64,000 bases of DNA from Lepidodermella squamata (lineage: Eukaryota; Animalia; Gastrotricha), in assembly GCA_047495785.1 (NCBI GenBank), contig JBLDXI010000043.1, forward strand, positions 1 to 64,000, in the 5' to 3' direction. The notes beneath the pieces were generated by a model. It did not search any database and had not been told where the DNA came from. It saw only the letters and a program-made list of their open reading frames with translations. Shown in pieces: positions 11,967 to 22,403 of the stretch. Numbering within the stretch: position 1 is the stretch's first letter; each line of letters opens with the position of its first letter. The position numbers and the translations under genes were made by a program.

Positions 11967-13505
11967 AGATTAAACAACGAGAAACTGCAGGAGATTTATT
12001 CAAAGGAATCTTTTTTTGGTGTCGTACAAGCACGCGTAAGCTCTTCGCATCTACATATCGTCTCCCTGCTTTCATCATCACCACATTATTTTGCTAGGTA
12101 TTAGCGCCGAAAAACATCTGGCTACCTGTACTCTGCTTTCGTAGTAAACAAAACAAGCTCGTGTTCTCATGTTGCTATGCTTGTTCGTCGACTGCAAATC
12201 CAAACTTGTGCGTTTCAAGCCGTGAATGCACCCATTCTGATTATGAAAGGTCCTGGATTGGTTCGTATTGCTCTGTGGAACTGAAGTACGCTACAGATGT
12301 TCATGGCTACAGATTGCTGGAAGTCTACGAGGTTAATAATTTTGTTTAGCCAACTCATGCATGGCTTCTATCAAGTTATTTTTTTTAGATATGGGAGTTC
12401 AAGAAGAGCAATACAATTTTCAGAGATTTCATTAAAAGATTCACCATTTTGAAGGCCGAATCCTCCGGCTGGCCGCCAAACTGTGCTACTAGTGAACAAA
12501 AAGCACAGTATTTGGAGCAATGGGAACGCATTGGTATAACGATTGATAGCACCAAGTTGGATAAAAAGAACCCTGGGTTACGCGCGATCGCCAAATTAGT
12601 TTTGAACAGCTTTTTTGGTCGATTTGCTATGAATTCTAATCTAGAGAGAACAGATTATATCAAATCCCCGTTTCTGCTTCAGCAAATGCTAAATAATCCA
12701 GCTTTGGAAATTGTGGATATTCAACCACTAGGCTTACTCATCAACTCTGATGATGTCTCTCGCTTGCGAATTGTAACACGGCCAACCAAAGATGCCGACG
12801 TTCCAAATGGATCCACCTCAGTTATAACAGCGGCCTTCGTAACAGCTAATGCTCGTGTGAAACTGGCTCGTGAGCTGTACCGAGTCGGCCCAAAAAGTGC
12901 TATCTACAGCGGTTAGAGAATAGCGCCGCTTATGCTACCAACATCTCTACGTTTTTTGTCTTTTGTTTTAGACACGGATTCAATTTTTTGCCTTCAAGGG
13001 CCTGGAATTACTAAAATTGAGTTCACACCCGTTCTTGGCGGCTTGGCGGATCAGCTTGATACAGGGCAACGCATCATTGCAATGGTTGTACTGGGCTGTA
13101 AGGCATATGCCCTACTTTTTGCTGACGGCAAAGCCAAGCTAATGTTAAAGGTAATTGCTACTTGTTGTTACGCCCTCTGTTTTTTATTATTTACGTCACG
13201 CGCAGGGAATACGTCAAAGTTTTCATTCACGCAGTCTTCTCGATTTTTTCTTGTTCATCAAGCATGTAATACAAAGTCTCCACGATAACGAAACCAGCGG
13301 AAGCGGGGGCCGGGGTGATAACAACAAAAACAGCGTCATCGCTGAATTGGATCAGACTCAGTTTAAAAAAGTGCATACTCCGTTATCGGAAATTCATTGT
13401 GTTCATATAACAAAAAAGATTCGTTTAACCTATGATAAACGTTGGCTACGCCCCGGCGATGCTTCCTTTCTAACTTATCCACATGGATATAGCGCTGATC
13501 AATGA
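11967..13505 (+). CDS. pPolB C-terminal part; introns 12036-12097, 12332-12388, 12912-12971, 13151-13205
   Basis: Four GT-AG introns (62, 57, 60, 55 nt) join ORF fragments into one frame with motifs B and C. Confidence 0.92.
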
Positions 13506-13512
13506 TCGATTA

Positions 13513-14664
13513 TTACATGAATAAACTCCAAAACCCTGTGCCAGCTTGAAACTTGTTGATTTTATTTATCTTACGCTGTGACGTTCTTCGGAAAAGTTTT
13601 CCAGGTGGTGATATTTGTGTTTGATCAGTCATAGAACGTGGCTTTCTACCGCGCTTTTGACCCTTCCGTGGCGTTGCCGCTGCAGTTGCTGCTCCAGCTA
13701 GCTCAATTTCCATCGGTTCAGCGGCAGCGGCTTCTTCTTGCCTTTCTGCTTGATTATCATCATTATCAGCACCATCTTGCAGCTCTTCACTATTGCTGCC
13801 GCTGCTGTCCTCATCGCCGCTAAACGAAGACGACCCTGCTGTTGTGTTGCTGTCTCGAGGGGCCTGGGGGGTGCGCGCGCGGGGGGTCCCTCCTCTCGTA
13901 GGCAGCTGCTCATCATTAGGCCGATCAACAACAACATCATCGTGGCTGAGGACGGTCGTGGCTGCAGCGCTAGAAGTCGATGATGTTTGCGGGGCAGCGA
14001 ATAGAAAATCCATTTGAAGATCATCAAATTCATAATTGCTGCTATTATCAGTTGAAGGTCGTGGCGTTGTATTAGGTGAAAACTGCTGCTGAAAGCCGCC
14101 AATACCCGAATCTCTGTTATAGTTGTTATAGCTAGGCCCGGCCGCTTGACCAAAATTACTAGATGTTAATTTAGTAGGTTGTTGGCGCGCAAGTTGTTGT
14201 TGCTGCTGTTTTTTTGGAGGAGGAGGAGGAGGAGGAGAAGAAGCAGAAGGAAGCGGCGGCGGCGGCAGCGGAGGAGGAGGAGGAGGAGGAGGAGGAGGAG
14301 GAGGAGGAGAGCGCGGCCTCGATTCTGCTCGATCTGCTGGTGCAGGCGACATTGGAATAGCGGCTGGCGGCTGGCTACTGCCTTGTAAAACTACCAGCTT
14401 CTTCAAATTCATAATCTCATGCATGAGTTCGTTACGTTTTCGCACTAAATCGGCTGAATTATCACTACTACTAGCGTTGTTTATCACATCCCGGTCTAAA
14501 GACTGTAATAGCTGCACTAGTTTGAAAAGCAGAGGATTGCTCAGCAATGTTTTAGCAGCAATCAAGTCGCTCGCGTTTGGTTGTTGTTGTTGTTGTTGTG
14601 CTGGAGTTGGCCCAGGTGTCGCAAGTGGAACAATAGTCATGCGCTGTGCATAGTTTCGCTGCAT
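13513..14664 (-). CDS. PZ-like Maverick protein with poly-Pro/poly-Gln/acidic low-complexity region and basic C-terminus
   Basis: 383-aa ORF; AQRMTIVP...LDRDV N-terminus and terminal QAGTGFW resemble Maverick structural accessory proteins; position next to PW. Confidence 0.55.
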   Translation of the reverse strand: MQRNYAQRMTIVPLATPGPTPAQQQQQQPNASDLIAAKTLLSNPLLFKLVQLLQSLDRDVINNASSSDNSADLVRKRNELMHEIMNLKKLVVLQGSSQPPAAIPMSPAPADRAESRPRSPPPPPPPPPPPPPLPPPPLPSASSPPPPPPPKKQQQQQLARQQPTKLTSSNFGQAAGPSYNNYNRDSGIGGFQQQFSPNTTPRPSTDNSSNYEFDDLQMDFLFAAPQTSSTSSAAATTVLSHDDVVVDRPNDEQLPTRGGTPRARTPQAPRDSNTTAGSSSFSGDEDSSGSNSEELQDGADNDDNQAERQEEAAAAEPMEIELAGAATAAATPRKGQKRGRKPRSMTDQTQISPPGKLFRRTSQRKINKINKFQAGTGFWSLFM

Positions 14665-14667
14665 AGT

Positions 14668-15081
14668 TTAGATTCGAAGAAGCCTCTTGAGTTCTGAATA
14701 ATCAAACTTTAGCCTGGGTGCAAAGGATTTCAATACAGTGGGTAAAACTGCAAAAAAGGAAGCTTTCGAAGCCTTATTTCGCCTATTGTTCTTGTTGCTA
14801 TTAAGGCAGTGTCGAATAAAAACTTGCCGGTTGTGCTCGACCAAATTGACACCTTTTTGTTTCAATTTAGCCAAATCAGGGGCCAGAACAGTACTAGTGC
14901 TGCGAAGCCAATACAAGGCGCAACGGCTAAGAAATCGTATAAGGCTAACAGAGCTAGTTGCTAAAATATCAGCACGCTGACCGGGGTGAGCATGCAATAA
15001 CCATTTCAATGCAAGAAAAAGCCGCCGTTTTTTATCAAGACTGAACGATGGTGACGTTGCTGAGGTAATAACTTTATTCAT
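14668..15081 (-). CDS. PW-like small basic Maverick protein
   Basis: LKWLLHAHPGQRADIL...LIRFLSRCAL pattern; follows ATPase. Confidence 0.6.
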   Translation of the reverse strand: MNKVITSATSPSFSLDKKRRLFLALKWLLHAHPGQRADILATSSVSLIRFLSRCALYWLRSTSTVLAPDLAKLKQKGVNLVEHNRQVFIRHCLNSNKNNRRNKASKASFFAVLPTVLKSFAPRLKFDYSELKRLLRI

Positions 15082-15111
15082 TTAACGACGAAAATTGGGC
15101 GGCAATGAATC

Positions 15112-15119
15112 CTTTTATA
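15112..15119 (-). promoter_or_regulatory. Putative TATA box (TATAAAAG) upstream of PW-like gene
   Basis: Consensus TATA ~30 nt before ATG at 15081. Confidence 0.4.
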
Positions 15120-15132
15120 ATAGTACATATCA

Positions 15133-15976
15133 TCATTTCTTTGAGACTAAAATGTAAGCGTAACCAGGTTTACTACCGAAGCCATTGCTCGAACGAATGC
15201 GGAGATTATCCGGAGTAGTTGCACAATTATCCAGTAGCAGTGGCGTGTGAGATGATTCAGCAGTTGCTTGGTTCAACGCTTCAAGAAGGCCTCGCCAGCC
15301 CATTGGGGAACGCCGTTGTGCATATGATCTAAAGCTTGCAGAGTCGGAAATGCAGCGAAAATAGAATAAATAGTTTGCATTTTGCTATAGAATAGAAAAT
15401 ACATAGAAGAAAAAACAATAATTTTCTGAGGCAAACCAGAATTTCCCTGCTATTTTTTGCTCGAGTAAACAAAACTTGTTGAAGGAGAATGGTTGTCGTA
15501 TTCAAGTGCCGCCCTCCTAAAAAAAGCTGTACCAGTGTTTCGTCTTCAGTTAATAGGCGATACACGTCATCAAATACTAGGCAACAGCGGGGCTGCGTCT
15601 CGTTATTGTCGTTGATATAATTTTTTAAGCTGAAGCTATCGCTACTGCTGTTTTTTGTGTCTGCTAAATTTACGAATTCAACTTTAATTTTGTGAACTTG
15701 CAATGCAGCATCGGCTATGTCATTGTAAATGGGTTGGAAAGTAGAATAAAAATAGACAATTCTCTCAAAAGGAAGTTCAAAACTGAATGCATCCTGTAGG
15801 ATTTGAAGCACCAGACTTGTTTTACCGCTCCCCGACCTGAAGATGAGTAAATTACACTAAAATATATTGACTTTTATTTCCATCGTCACTTACGGCCCAA
15901 CAATGAGAATTGTGCTAGGGTGAACAAAAGGCAAAGCTTCATTTATGTTGCCAGGGCAGCAGCGCAAATCACTCAT
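15133..15976 (-). CDS. A32-like genome packaging ATPase (3 exons; introns 15837-15893, 15385-15436)
   Basis: ILIVGP^SGSGKT Walker A split by 57-nt intron; CLVFDD Walker B; GRHLN; QNANY. Confidence 0.9.
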
Positions 15977-15979
15977 CCT

Positions 15980-16543
15980 TTATAATCTAACGTTACAGGG
16001 TTTTATTCTTTCAAGTGGTCTCATAGATAGACCATAGTGGGAATATAATGTATTAAATTTATGATAAAGTACACAGTCTTTTATAAGCAAATTGTTCTTT
16101 GATCCAAGCTGATCAAAATGCCTCAAAATTTGGTGCATGTCTTTACCTCGCGCTCGAAGCATGCTGTAATATAGAGCCCATAAGCCGCAGATTTGTGAAA
16201 AAACATGCTGGTAAGACCTATTGCAATGAATGTACGGCACTTCTGTTTGGCTATTCGCTTTCAAAAAGTTGTCGATATAGAGGTTATGATAGGAAGGGGA
16301 AAGGTTAAGGCTATCGAAAAACTCACAGGGCTCATCAGGATGCTGTGCGCTGTGAACAAACAGTGTGACCCAGTGCTTTCCTGTAGAATTGTATACATTT
16401 CCTGTGTTACAGATAATCAATTGTGGATTATTTTTCACAATAGGAAGCTGCTGTGGTAGCTGATCAGCGGCTACAACAAAAATGTCAAACTTTTTTAGTA
16501 CTGGATCAATCCGGATGAAATCTTCCAATTCATTGTTGTACAT
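15980..16543 (-). CDS. Adenain-like (C5) maturation cysteine protease
   Basis: ICNT..GKHWV (His), EFFDSL (Asp), YQ..SQICGLW (Gln/Cys). Confidence 0.92.
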   Translation of the reverse strand: MYNNELEDFIRIDPVLKKFDIFVVAADQLPQQLPIVKNNPQLIICNTGNVYNSTGKHWVTLFVHSAQHPDEPCEFFDSLNLSPSYHNLYIDNFLKANSQTEVPYIHCNRSYQHVFSQICGLWALYYSMLRARGKDMHQILRHFDQLGSKNNLLIKDCVLYHKFNTLYSHYGLSMRPLERIKPCNVRL

Positions 16544-16553
16544 GAAAAACTGC

Positions 16554-18044
16554 TTAAGAATCAACAATTACGTCACGCGTTCGTGTGATCTTAAAAAATT
16601 TGAATTTTAAGGCAATTTTAATTTTATGAAAAAAGATGATACCTCAAAAACTGAATCAGTTTCAGTTAATACTAACAGCTGAGTAACAATTGTTGTTTGA
16701 ACAGCAAAACTCAACTCTACTCTGCAGGTACCTGTGCGTATAACTGAGTAATTTTGCAACGAGGAGTTGCGCGATAAATCGAAACCAAAAATTGTGAAGC
16801 CATTAATAAACTGATCCATAGTTAACGTAGATGCCTTGAAAGGGTTATCTGGGTTGATAGCATTGAGAAGCTCCAAATAGACTCTGGTGACATCTCCATT
16901 TGCAAAATCCATTTCCAAGGGAGCTGTTGAGTGATGTAGTTCATTGCCCAAATAAATCGATATTCGGGATAGCTGGCTGTGTAATGCATTCAATGGATTT
17001 TTACCCGCCGTTCCATTCAGGGCGGAATCTTCAAAAAAACAGAAAAACATACGCCTTGGAAGCTTACCATTAATACATTGTGGTATCTGTTAAACCATTA
17101 GAGTTTTAAAAATTGACTTAGAAACGCGCGATGAGCAAACTTACACTGTAACTCAAAACACTACTTGGTATGTGAAAAAGCCTTGTTCGAACTCTCATTA
17201 TAGGATATTTGGCGTTAGTTTTTTCCAGCGCACGCGTATGAGCAATCACTATGTCCGGCGACACAACAACAGCCCGGGCAATAATTTTTGCAGATTCAAT
17301 GACGATTGAGTGAGGATCAGCTGTGCTCGGCCCAACCAAAGCAAAATTGTTAGATGCCCTATAGAGCTTGATGCGGACTTCAACATTAGGTAGAAGTAGC
17401 CTATTACACAGCATAGGATCTGCAAACAGGCGTCCCAGGGTGCACACAGATTTCCCGCCCTGAACAATTTCCAACCGTTTTTTAAATCCCTCGTTTGAAT
17501 TGTCAAAATTATCCAGTTTTTTAGCTGTATCAGGATACCAAAATTGTGTCTGTAATATCGTGTTTTTTGCATCAGTATTATGAGACAAAAGCGTTGAAAT
17601 ATAGGCCCGATAAGCGTATAATGAATTTTGTTCACTTAAAAGTTGCCCATTTAGTGAAATCTCGCATGTTTTGAACATTGTGTGGTGGGCTAAACAAAGC
17701 GGGGCTTTTTGTAAATTTGTAGCCGAAAGACTAGCCTTATACTCGTTGTATGCATCGTCAGCTTCGCCAGCATTTTTCTTCCGAGCTTCAGAAGGGGTTC
17801 TAACTACTTTCCACTTGAGCATCAGTTGCATGCGTGACAGACACAAATAATCATTGTACGGGCCGATTTGAAACTCAATCAGGTTCGGTGAACTATTAAG
17901 AGGGGCAATTGGGTAAACATCTATACTTATTTGGTTTTCTTCAGCAAGCTGTGAAGGCGGTACAGTAAATAAATCTAAATCTGAAGATAATACTATTGAA
18001 GAGGCTGAGGCTGGGTGAACAAAATTATCTCCAAAGCCTTCCAT
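16554..18044 (-). CDS. Double jelly-roll major capsid protein (3 exons; introns 17087-17144, 16590-16642)
   Basis: SDLDLFTVPP, YAYRAYISTLL, GKLPRR, NGFTIFGFDL, terminal ITRTRDVIVD typical of Maverick MCP. Confidence 0.92.
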
Positions 18045-18077
18045 TACAAATTTGAAGAATCAAACGCAGCAATGGGC

Positions 18078-18620
18078 TCAAGACGCTTCAAATAGCACTG
18101 ATTTAGTTGTTGCGCGTCTTTTCCTTTTATAAGCCTTTCTTTTTGTAGTAGAAGCACGGCGCCTACGTTTTGCAGTCACACTACTAGTTTTACTAGGGCC
18201 ACGACGACGGCGCCTTTTACGGCCACCTCCACCGCCTTGATGTTGCTTCAAAGCCGTTTCAGCAATATCCTTAGCCATGTTTAAGGCGCCTGAAGTGCCA
18301 TGACGCTTAAGGGATTCGGTAAAACTAGGTCTAGCGCCCTCAGGTTGTTGCATATCACCTAATATTTTTTGGCCAGTAGATAATGCTTGTTGAAAAATAG
18401 ACGGAGCAATTACTGGGAAGAAATTTCTGAAAAAGGCACCTAATATATTTCCTATTCCCTGACCCCTATAATGATATGGAAATTGAATTGTTGCCCCACG
18501 GAAATGGTCCAGGTTAGCACCCGCTCCAGCTCCATAGCCTGCTATCAGCGGGGAGGAGTGTTGGCGGAGAAAAAACTGCTGGTACTTGTCAACGTTTTGG
18601 TTAGAATAAGCTAGGGGCAT
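18078..18620 (-). CDS. PM/pVII-like DNA-condensing core protein
   Basis: YRGQGIGNILGAFFR and QGGG putative protease sites, Arg/Lys-rich tail; upstream of MCP. Confidence 0.72.
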   Translation of the reverse strand: MPLAYSNQNVDKYQQFFLRQHSSPLIAGYGAGAGANLDHFRGATIQFPYHYRGQGIGNILGAFFRNFFPVIAPSIFQQALSTGQKILGDMQQPEGARPSFTESLKRHGTSGALNMAKDIAETALKQHQGGGGGRKRRRRRGPSKTSSVTAKRRRRASTTKRKAYKRKRRATTKSVLFEAS

Positions 18621-18658
18621 CTTCGGTAATATTAATAATTAGAACTCAGCCACTTATA

Positions 18659-19879
18659 TTAATATAAGGCTCCGGTTTTTCGGCGAATATGAAGTAGCAA
18701 TACAACTTTGCTACCATCCACAAAATCGATCAATGCCCCGTTATCGCGGCGGATTTGAACTTGAATTGAATCTATAAAATTGGCTTTTAAAGGTAAATAT
18801 AGGCCCGAGTTATAAATCACTGTAAAATGTGATGACAAGTCTGAATTTGCCGTAGCAGAAGCCATCGTAGAATAGGTTATCATTCGAAGGAGGCTAGCTT
18901 GGCAATCTCCAACAAAAACATCCGCTGCAACTGAGCAGTAAATGAACAGTGAGTTATTGCCATAATTCAACTGAATGTTGTATTGAGCTGTAGCACTTTC
19001 TTCATAGCATGCATAAATAAAGGCAGGCGGTAAATCATTATCTTTGGTGATTACTGTTTGCTCAGAAAAATCAAAGTGCTGTGCTGAATTTACGCCTTCT
19101 TGATTTTCTACCGCCGCTGTCTCATTATTTGCATCCTCCTTAAGTTTTGGTCTGCTAGAAAGCCTAACAATCCCAACTGAGTTGAATAAAATGTGTGGAT
19201 TTTCACGAATTTGGTGGCTCATATTCCACGCATATGCCAAGGCATACGTTGACTTTATATCAAAAGTGGAAACTTCATTAAATTCTGGCTCGTCATTTTT
19301 TGGGGCCTTGGGAAAAATGAAAACTCCAGACGGTGTATTCTGTTCTATTGGAGACACAAAACCTAAGAGGCCAGCAGAATCTGAAGGTATAAACATAGAA
19401 TATGGCCATTTACAGGTAATTTTAGTTTTTTTGTTGACTGAATCATAATGAGCAAAAATAGAGCCATTACTACTTGAGATGGATATTTTTTCATTAAAGT
19501 GATCGATTAGTTTGGTTATATTCGCAAAATATTCACCTCCGAAATTTACTTTGTTAATAAAGCCAGTTTCCCATGGATTGTTGAAACTTTTCATCCGATG
19601 TGGCAAAGAGCCAGGATTTGTTAAATAATTAGCAATAATGTCGTTTTTAAAAGATTTCAGCCAGTTACAATCAAGCACATAGACTGTATGACGATCAATG
19701 CTACTCCACCTAACAGGAATTGTAGCCTCAAGTAGGGCTACTTCATAAGCACGGCAATCGGGTACGCAAATTGGGACAGGGAGAGCAACTTGATAATCCG
19801 ACGGAGTATTCGCCGGATGTTGAGAATATGAGGCATTCGAGGGTAAATAAATAAAGAAGTCCTCCTGGATGCTAAGCAT
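18659..19879 (-). CDS. Minor capsid protein (penton, PX)
   Basis: FFIYLPSN..PANT..YEVAL N-terminus, LFIYC..VGD..LLR..YLPL..LHIR C-terminus. Confidence 0.88.
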   Translation of the reverse strand: MLSIQEDFFIYLPSNASYSQHPANTPSDYQVALPVPICVPDCRAYEVALLEATIPVRWSSIDRHTVYVLDCNWLKSFKNDIIANYLTNPGSLPHRMKSFNNPWETGFINKVNFGGEYFANITKLIDHFNEKISISSSNGSIFAHYDSVNKKTKITCKWPYSMFIPSDSAGLLGFVSPIEQNTPSGVFIFPKAPKNDEPEFNEVSTFDIKSTYALAYAWNMSHQIRENPHILFNSVGIVRLSSRPKLKEDANNETAAVENQEGVNSAQHFDFSEQTVITKDNDLPPAFIYACYEESATAQYNIQLNYGNNSLFIYCSVAADVFVGDCQASLLRMITYSTMASATANSDLSSHFTVIYNSGLYLPLKANFIDSIQVQIRRDNGALIDFVDGSKVVLLLHIRRKTGALY

Positions 19880-20075
19880 TTGTTATGTTATCCTTATCTA
19901 TCTTTTCTAAAGTAAGGATTGCGCTGTTGCCAAAAGGGGGGAGCTTAGTTTTGAATAAATAGTTTGAAATTTCTATAAGCCAAACGGTTATTAGAAGGAA
20001 AAAAATGTAGGCCCCTACACGCACAGATGGCTTTTGTAGGAAAGCTAAGAGTGGAGTCGTAGGAACTCTATTCAT
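19872..20075 (-). CDS. Small single-TM protein (67 aa)
   Basis: ATGA overlap with integrase stop; hydrophobic segment. Confidence 0.5.
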   Translation of the reverse strand: MNRVPTTPLLAFLQKPSVRVGAYIFFLLITVWLIEISNYLFKTKLPPFGNSAILTLEKIDKDNITNA

Positions 20076-21283
20076 GAGGCCAAGGTTTTGATCTCGTTTG
20101 CATCAATCCAACTAGCGGCTTCAATCGGCCAGTTTTGCCATTTCACAAGAGCCTGTTTCTTGCCATTTATAGTGCGATGCTTCAGAACTTTTTCTATTAA
20201 ATATGTTTCTTGCGGATGTGCTATCTGAAGCTGCCAATCGTAAAAACTACCTTGAATACGCTTATTCAGAGTATCACGGAGATAATACTTGTCGGGGATG
20301 GTACAAGTATCTATGCGGTCGATAAAAAAATATTCTTCAGTAAAAATGAAATCTCCTTCTTTGTGAAATAAATCCTTTACACGACTAATTCTAACACAAT
20401 CACCGACAGAAAAAGTCGGTTTGTATAGTAAATTCTTGCGCTTTTCAAGCATCAATTGATCTCTTTTTCCAAAAACATTATTGTAAGCAACCAAATTTAT
20501 AGGATCTTCTGGGGAAGCTAGCCATAATTCTAACGGGGCAACCCTAGTGCTGCGATTTTTCATTTGATTGTAAGACGCTAAGAAAAAAGGTAAGTAATCG
20601 ATGTAACGCAGCGTATGATTTGCAATTTGATGCCTCGAAATAGTTCTACGAAGCCAACGGTTGAAAATTTCTATGGGTGAACACTTGAACATGGAGGTTG
20701 TAGTGTAATAATAAACATTGAATTTTTTAAATATTTTTTTAGCTTCTTTGTTGATAAATTCTCCGCCAGAATCTGTAGTGAAAGAGCGGCAACGCAAATC
20801 AGGTGTTAGGCTGCTCAAAAAATTACTGATCTTCTCAGCAGTGTAATTTCCTTCTTTGTTAAGTAAGGGAATACAGAAAGCATAACGCGTAAAACAGTCT
20901 TTGATTGTAAGTAAATAGCGGGTTCCATCATTATCTTGGCTTGAATCTTGAACTTCAAGAAGATCACCTAGAAAGAGGTCACTTCTAGCATAAACTTCAT
21001 ATTGCATGAATTGCTTCCGGTTTCTTACACTTAGTGGTTTATATAATGAATATGTTCGATCATGGCTCATAATCTCAGCTAGTTTTTTATGAGTAAGGGA
21101 ATTTCTCAGCTCTAAGGGTAATGTAGCTTTAAGTGTTGAGTATAATCTGCGCAGGCCTTGAAATGATCCAACATGTTTCGGATCATTATAGAAGCTCAAA
21201 ACAAACGATTTCAAGTCTGACCTGTGGTTTATTTTAGCATCTCCTTCAGCTAGACGTCTCGCATTGTGTTTATTACGTGGCAT
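20072..21283 (-). CDS. Retroviral-like (RVE) integrase with C-terminal chromodomain
   Basis: D (LGDLL), D (TDSGGEF), E (PIEIFNR); FSVGDCVRIS; YLIEKVLK..LVKW..W..SWI chromodomain. Confidence 0.95.
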   Translation of the reverse strand: MPRNKHNARRLAEGDAKINHRSDLKSFVLSFYNDPKHVGSFQGLRRLYSTLKATLPLELRNSLTHKKLAEIMSHDRTYSLYKPLSVRNRKQFMQYEVYARSDLFLGDLLEVQDSSQDNDGTRYLLTIKDCFTRYAFCIPLLNKEGNYTAEKISNFLSSLTPDLRCRSFTTDSGGEFINKEAKKIFKKFNVYYYTTTSMFKCSPIEIFNRWLRRTISRHQIANHTLRYIDYLPFFLASYNQMKNRSTRVAPLELWLASPEDPINLVAYNNVFGKRDQLMLEKRKNLLYKPTFSVGDCVRISRVKDLFHKEGDFIFTEEYFFIDRIDTCTIPDKYYLRDTLNKRIQGSFYDWQLQIAHPQETYLIEKVLKHRTINGKKQALVKWQNWPIEAASWIDANEIKTLAS

Positions 21284-21286
21284 GAC

Positions 21287-21556
21287 CTAATTCTTCTTTA
21301 TAGCTAATTTACGGCAAGTAGGGACAACCGAACAATTAGCCATGTGGCTAAATAAATCACCGTTTAAGTGGAATAATAAATCATTTATATTATATAACAT
21401 CCGCTCAGTAGACTCGACAAGTTGCCGCAGGTGAAGGAGTTCGGCTTGAGTATTGCGAACTTCCATAACAGCGAAAAAGCTGATTAAAATGGTAACCAGG
21501 GATAGCAGCAATAGGATCGGTAAAACAGCACGCGGAATATCTGTTGTTTGATGCAT
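21287..21556 (-). CDS. Small TM + coiled-coil protein (89 aa)
   Basis: Hydrophobic N-terminal helix then heptad-like segment; 3 nt before integrase ATG. Confidence 0.6.
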   Translation of the reverse strand: MHQTTDIPRAVLPILLLLSLVTILISFFAVMEVRNTQAELLHLRQLVESTERMLYNINDLLFHLNGDLFSHMANCSVVPTCRKLAIKKN

Positions 21557-21720
21557 AATAAATTACGAAGACTTTAAAAACGGGGAAATTTACCGATAGC
21601 CATATTTTTATTTCTGCTGCGAATTTTGAAAATTGATAGATAATGATGAAAGTAGAAATAATGATTTTAGCTTAAAAAAAGACGGCACGCGATTAATCTT
21701 CCCTCATTCATTAAATCATT

Positions 21721-22320
21721 TTATTGTTGTTTGATATACAGAAAAAAAGGCGCCAATTTAACAAATGCTATTTTTATAAGAGATAACGAAAAACAGCCGC
21801 TCATAATCATTTTTCCAGTGTGAAACAGTGTGGCAGATACATTTAACTTTGGTTCATTTTCATTAGTGCTGACTTTGGAGAAAACACGTATACGCAACCC
21901 AGGAAAAAATTCTGGTTGGTAAACGCATATTTTAGGAAATTGAAAAGCTAGCAGGCTAAGATTGACAGTTTTATGTAAATCGTAGAACAATACTATATTA
22001 GTAATTATTGGGTCACGGATTATCAACCGTCGATTAACAATTTTTCTGAGTGTAGCTTGAAGAACTCCAAAAGCAGTAACACAATTCGAGGCTGTTTTGG
22101 TACCACTACAAATTATAGCTCCGGATGAAAATAATAAAAACGTCGCGTTAAAAGCAGGTACTTTATAGAACAAAGCACTCGACATTTTTTTTGGGTTATA
22201 TTTTGCACAAGGTAAAATTAGGGCTAGACTATCTAAATTAAATAGAAAATTTGACCTTGATTTAGCCATAATATTTGAAATAGAGTAATCAATATCATAT
22301 TGTATATTATTTACTTCCAT
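21721..22320 (-). CDS. TATA-box-binding protein (TBP)-like protein, 199 aa, intronless
   Basis: Two TBP repeats: ISNIM..AKYNPKK..LLFSSGAIICSG and ITNIV..YQPEFFPGL..TLFHTGKMIMSG. Confidence 0.92.
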   Translation of the reverse strand: MEVNNIQYDIDYSISNIMAKSRSNFLFNLDSLALILPCAKYNPKKMSSALFYKVPAFNATFLLFSSGAIICSGTKTASNCVTAFGVLQATLRKIVNRRLIIRDPIITNIVLFYDLHKTVNLSLLAFQFPKICVYQPEFFPGLRIRVFSKVSTNENEPKLNVSATLFHTGKMIMSGCFSLSLIKIAFVKLAPFFLYIKQQ

Positions 22321-22403
22321 ATTTAATGGTGGGGATTTCAATAGAAAAAAAGGTTCAGTGCTAGATTGTAGCTTTAAATCAACAGGATAGGATATAGTCA
22401 AAT

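Noticed and set aside
11557-12084. 175-aa ORF as a standalone gene
   Set aside because: Chimeric: N-terminus is antisense right-arm sequence, middle is a pPolB exon, end is intron read-through
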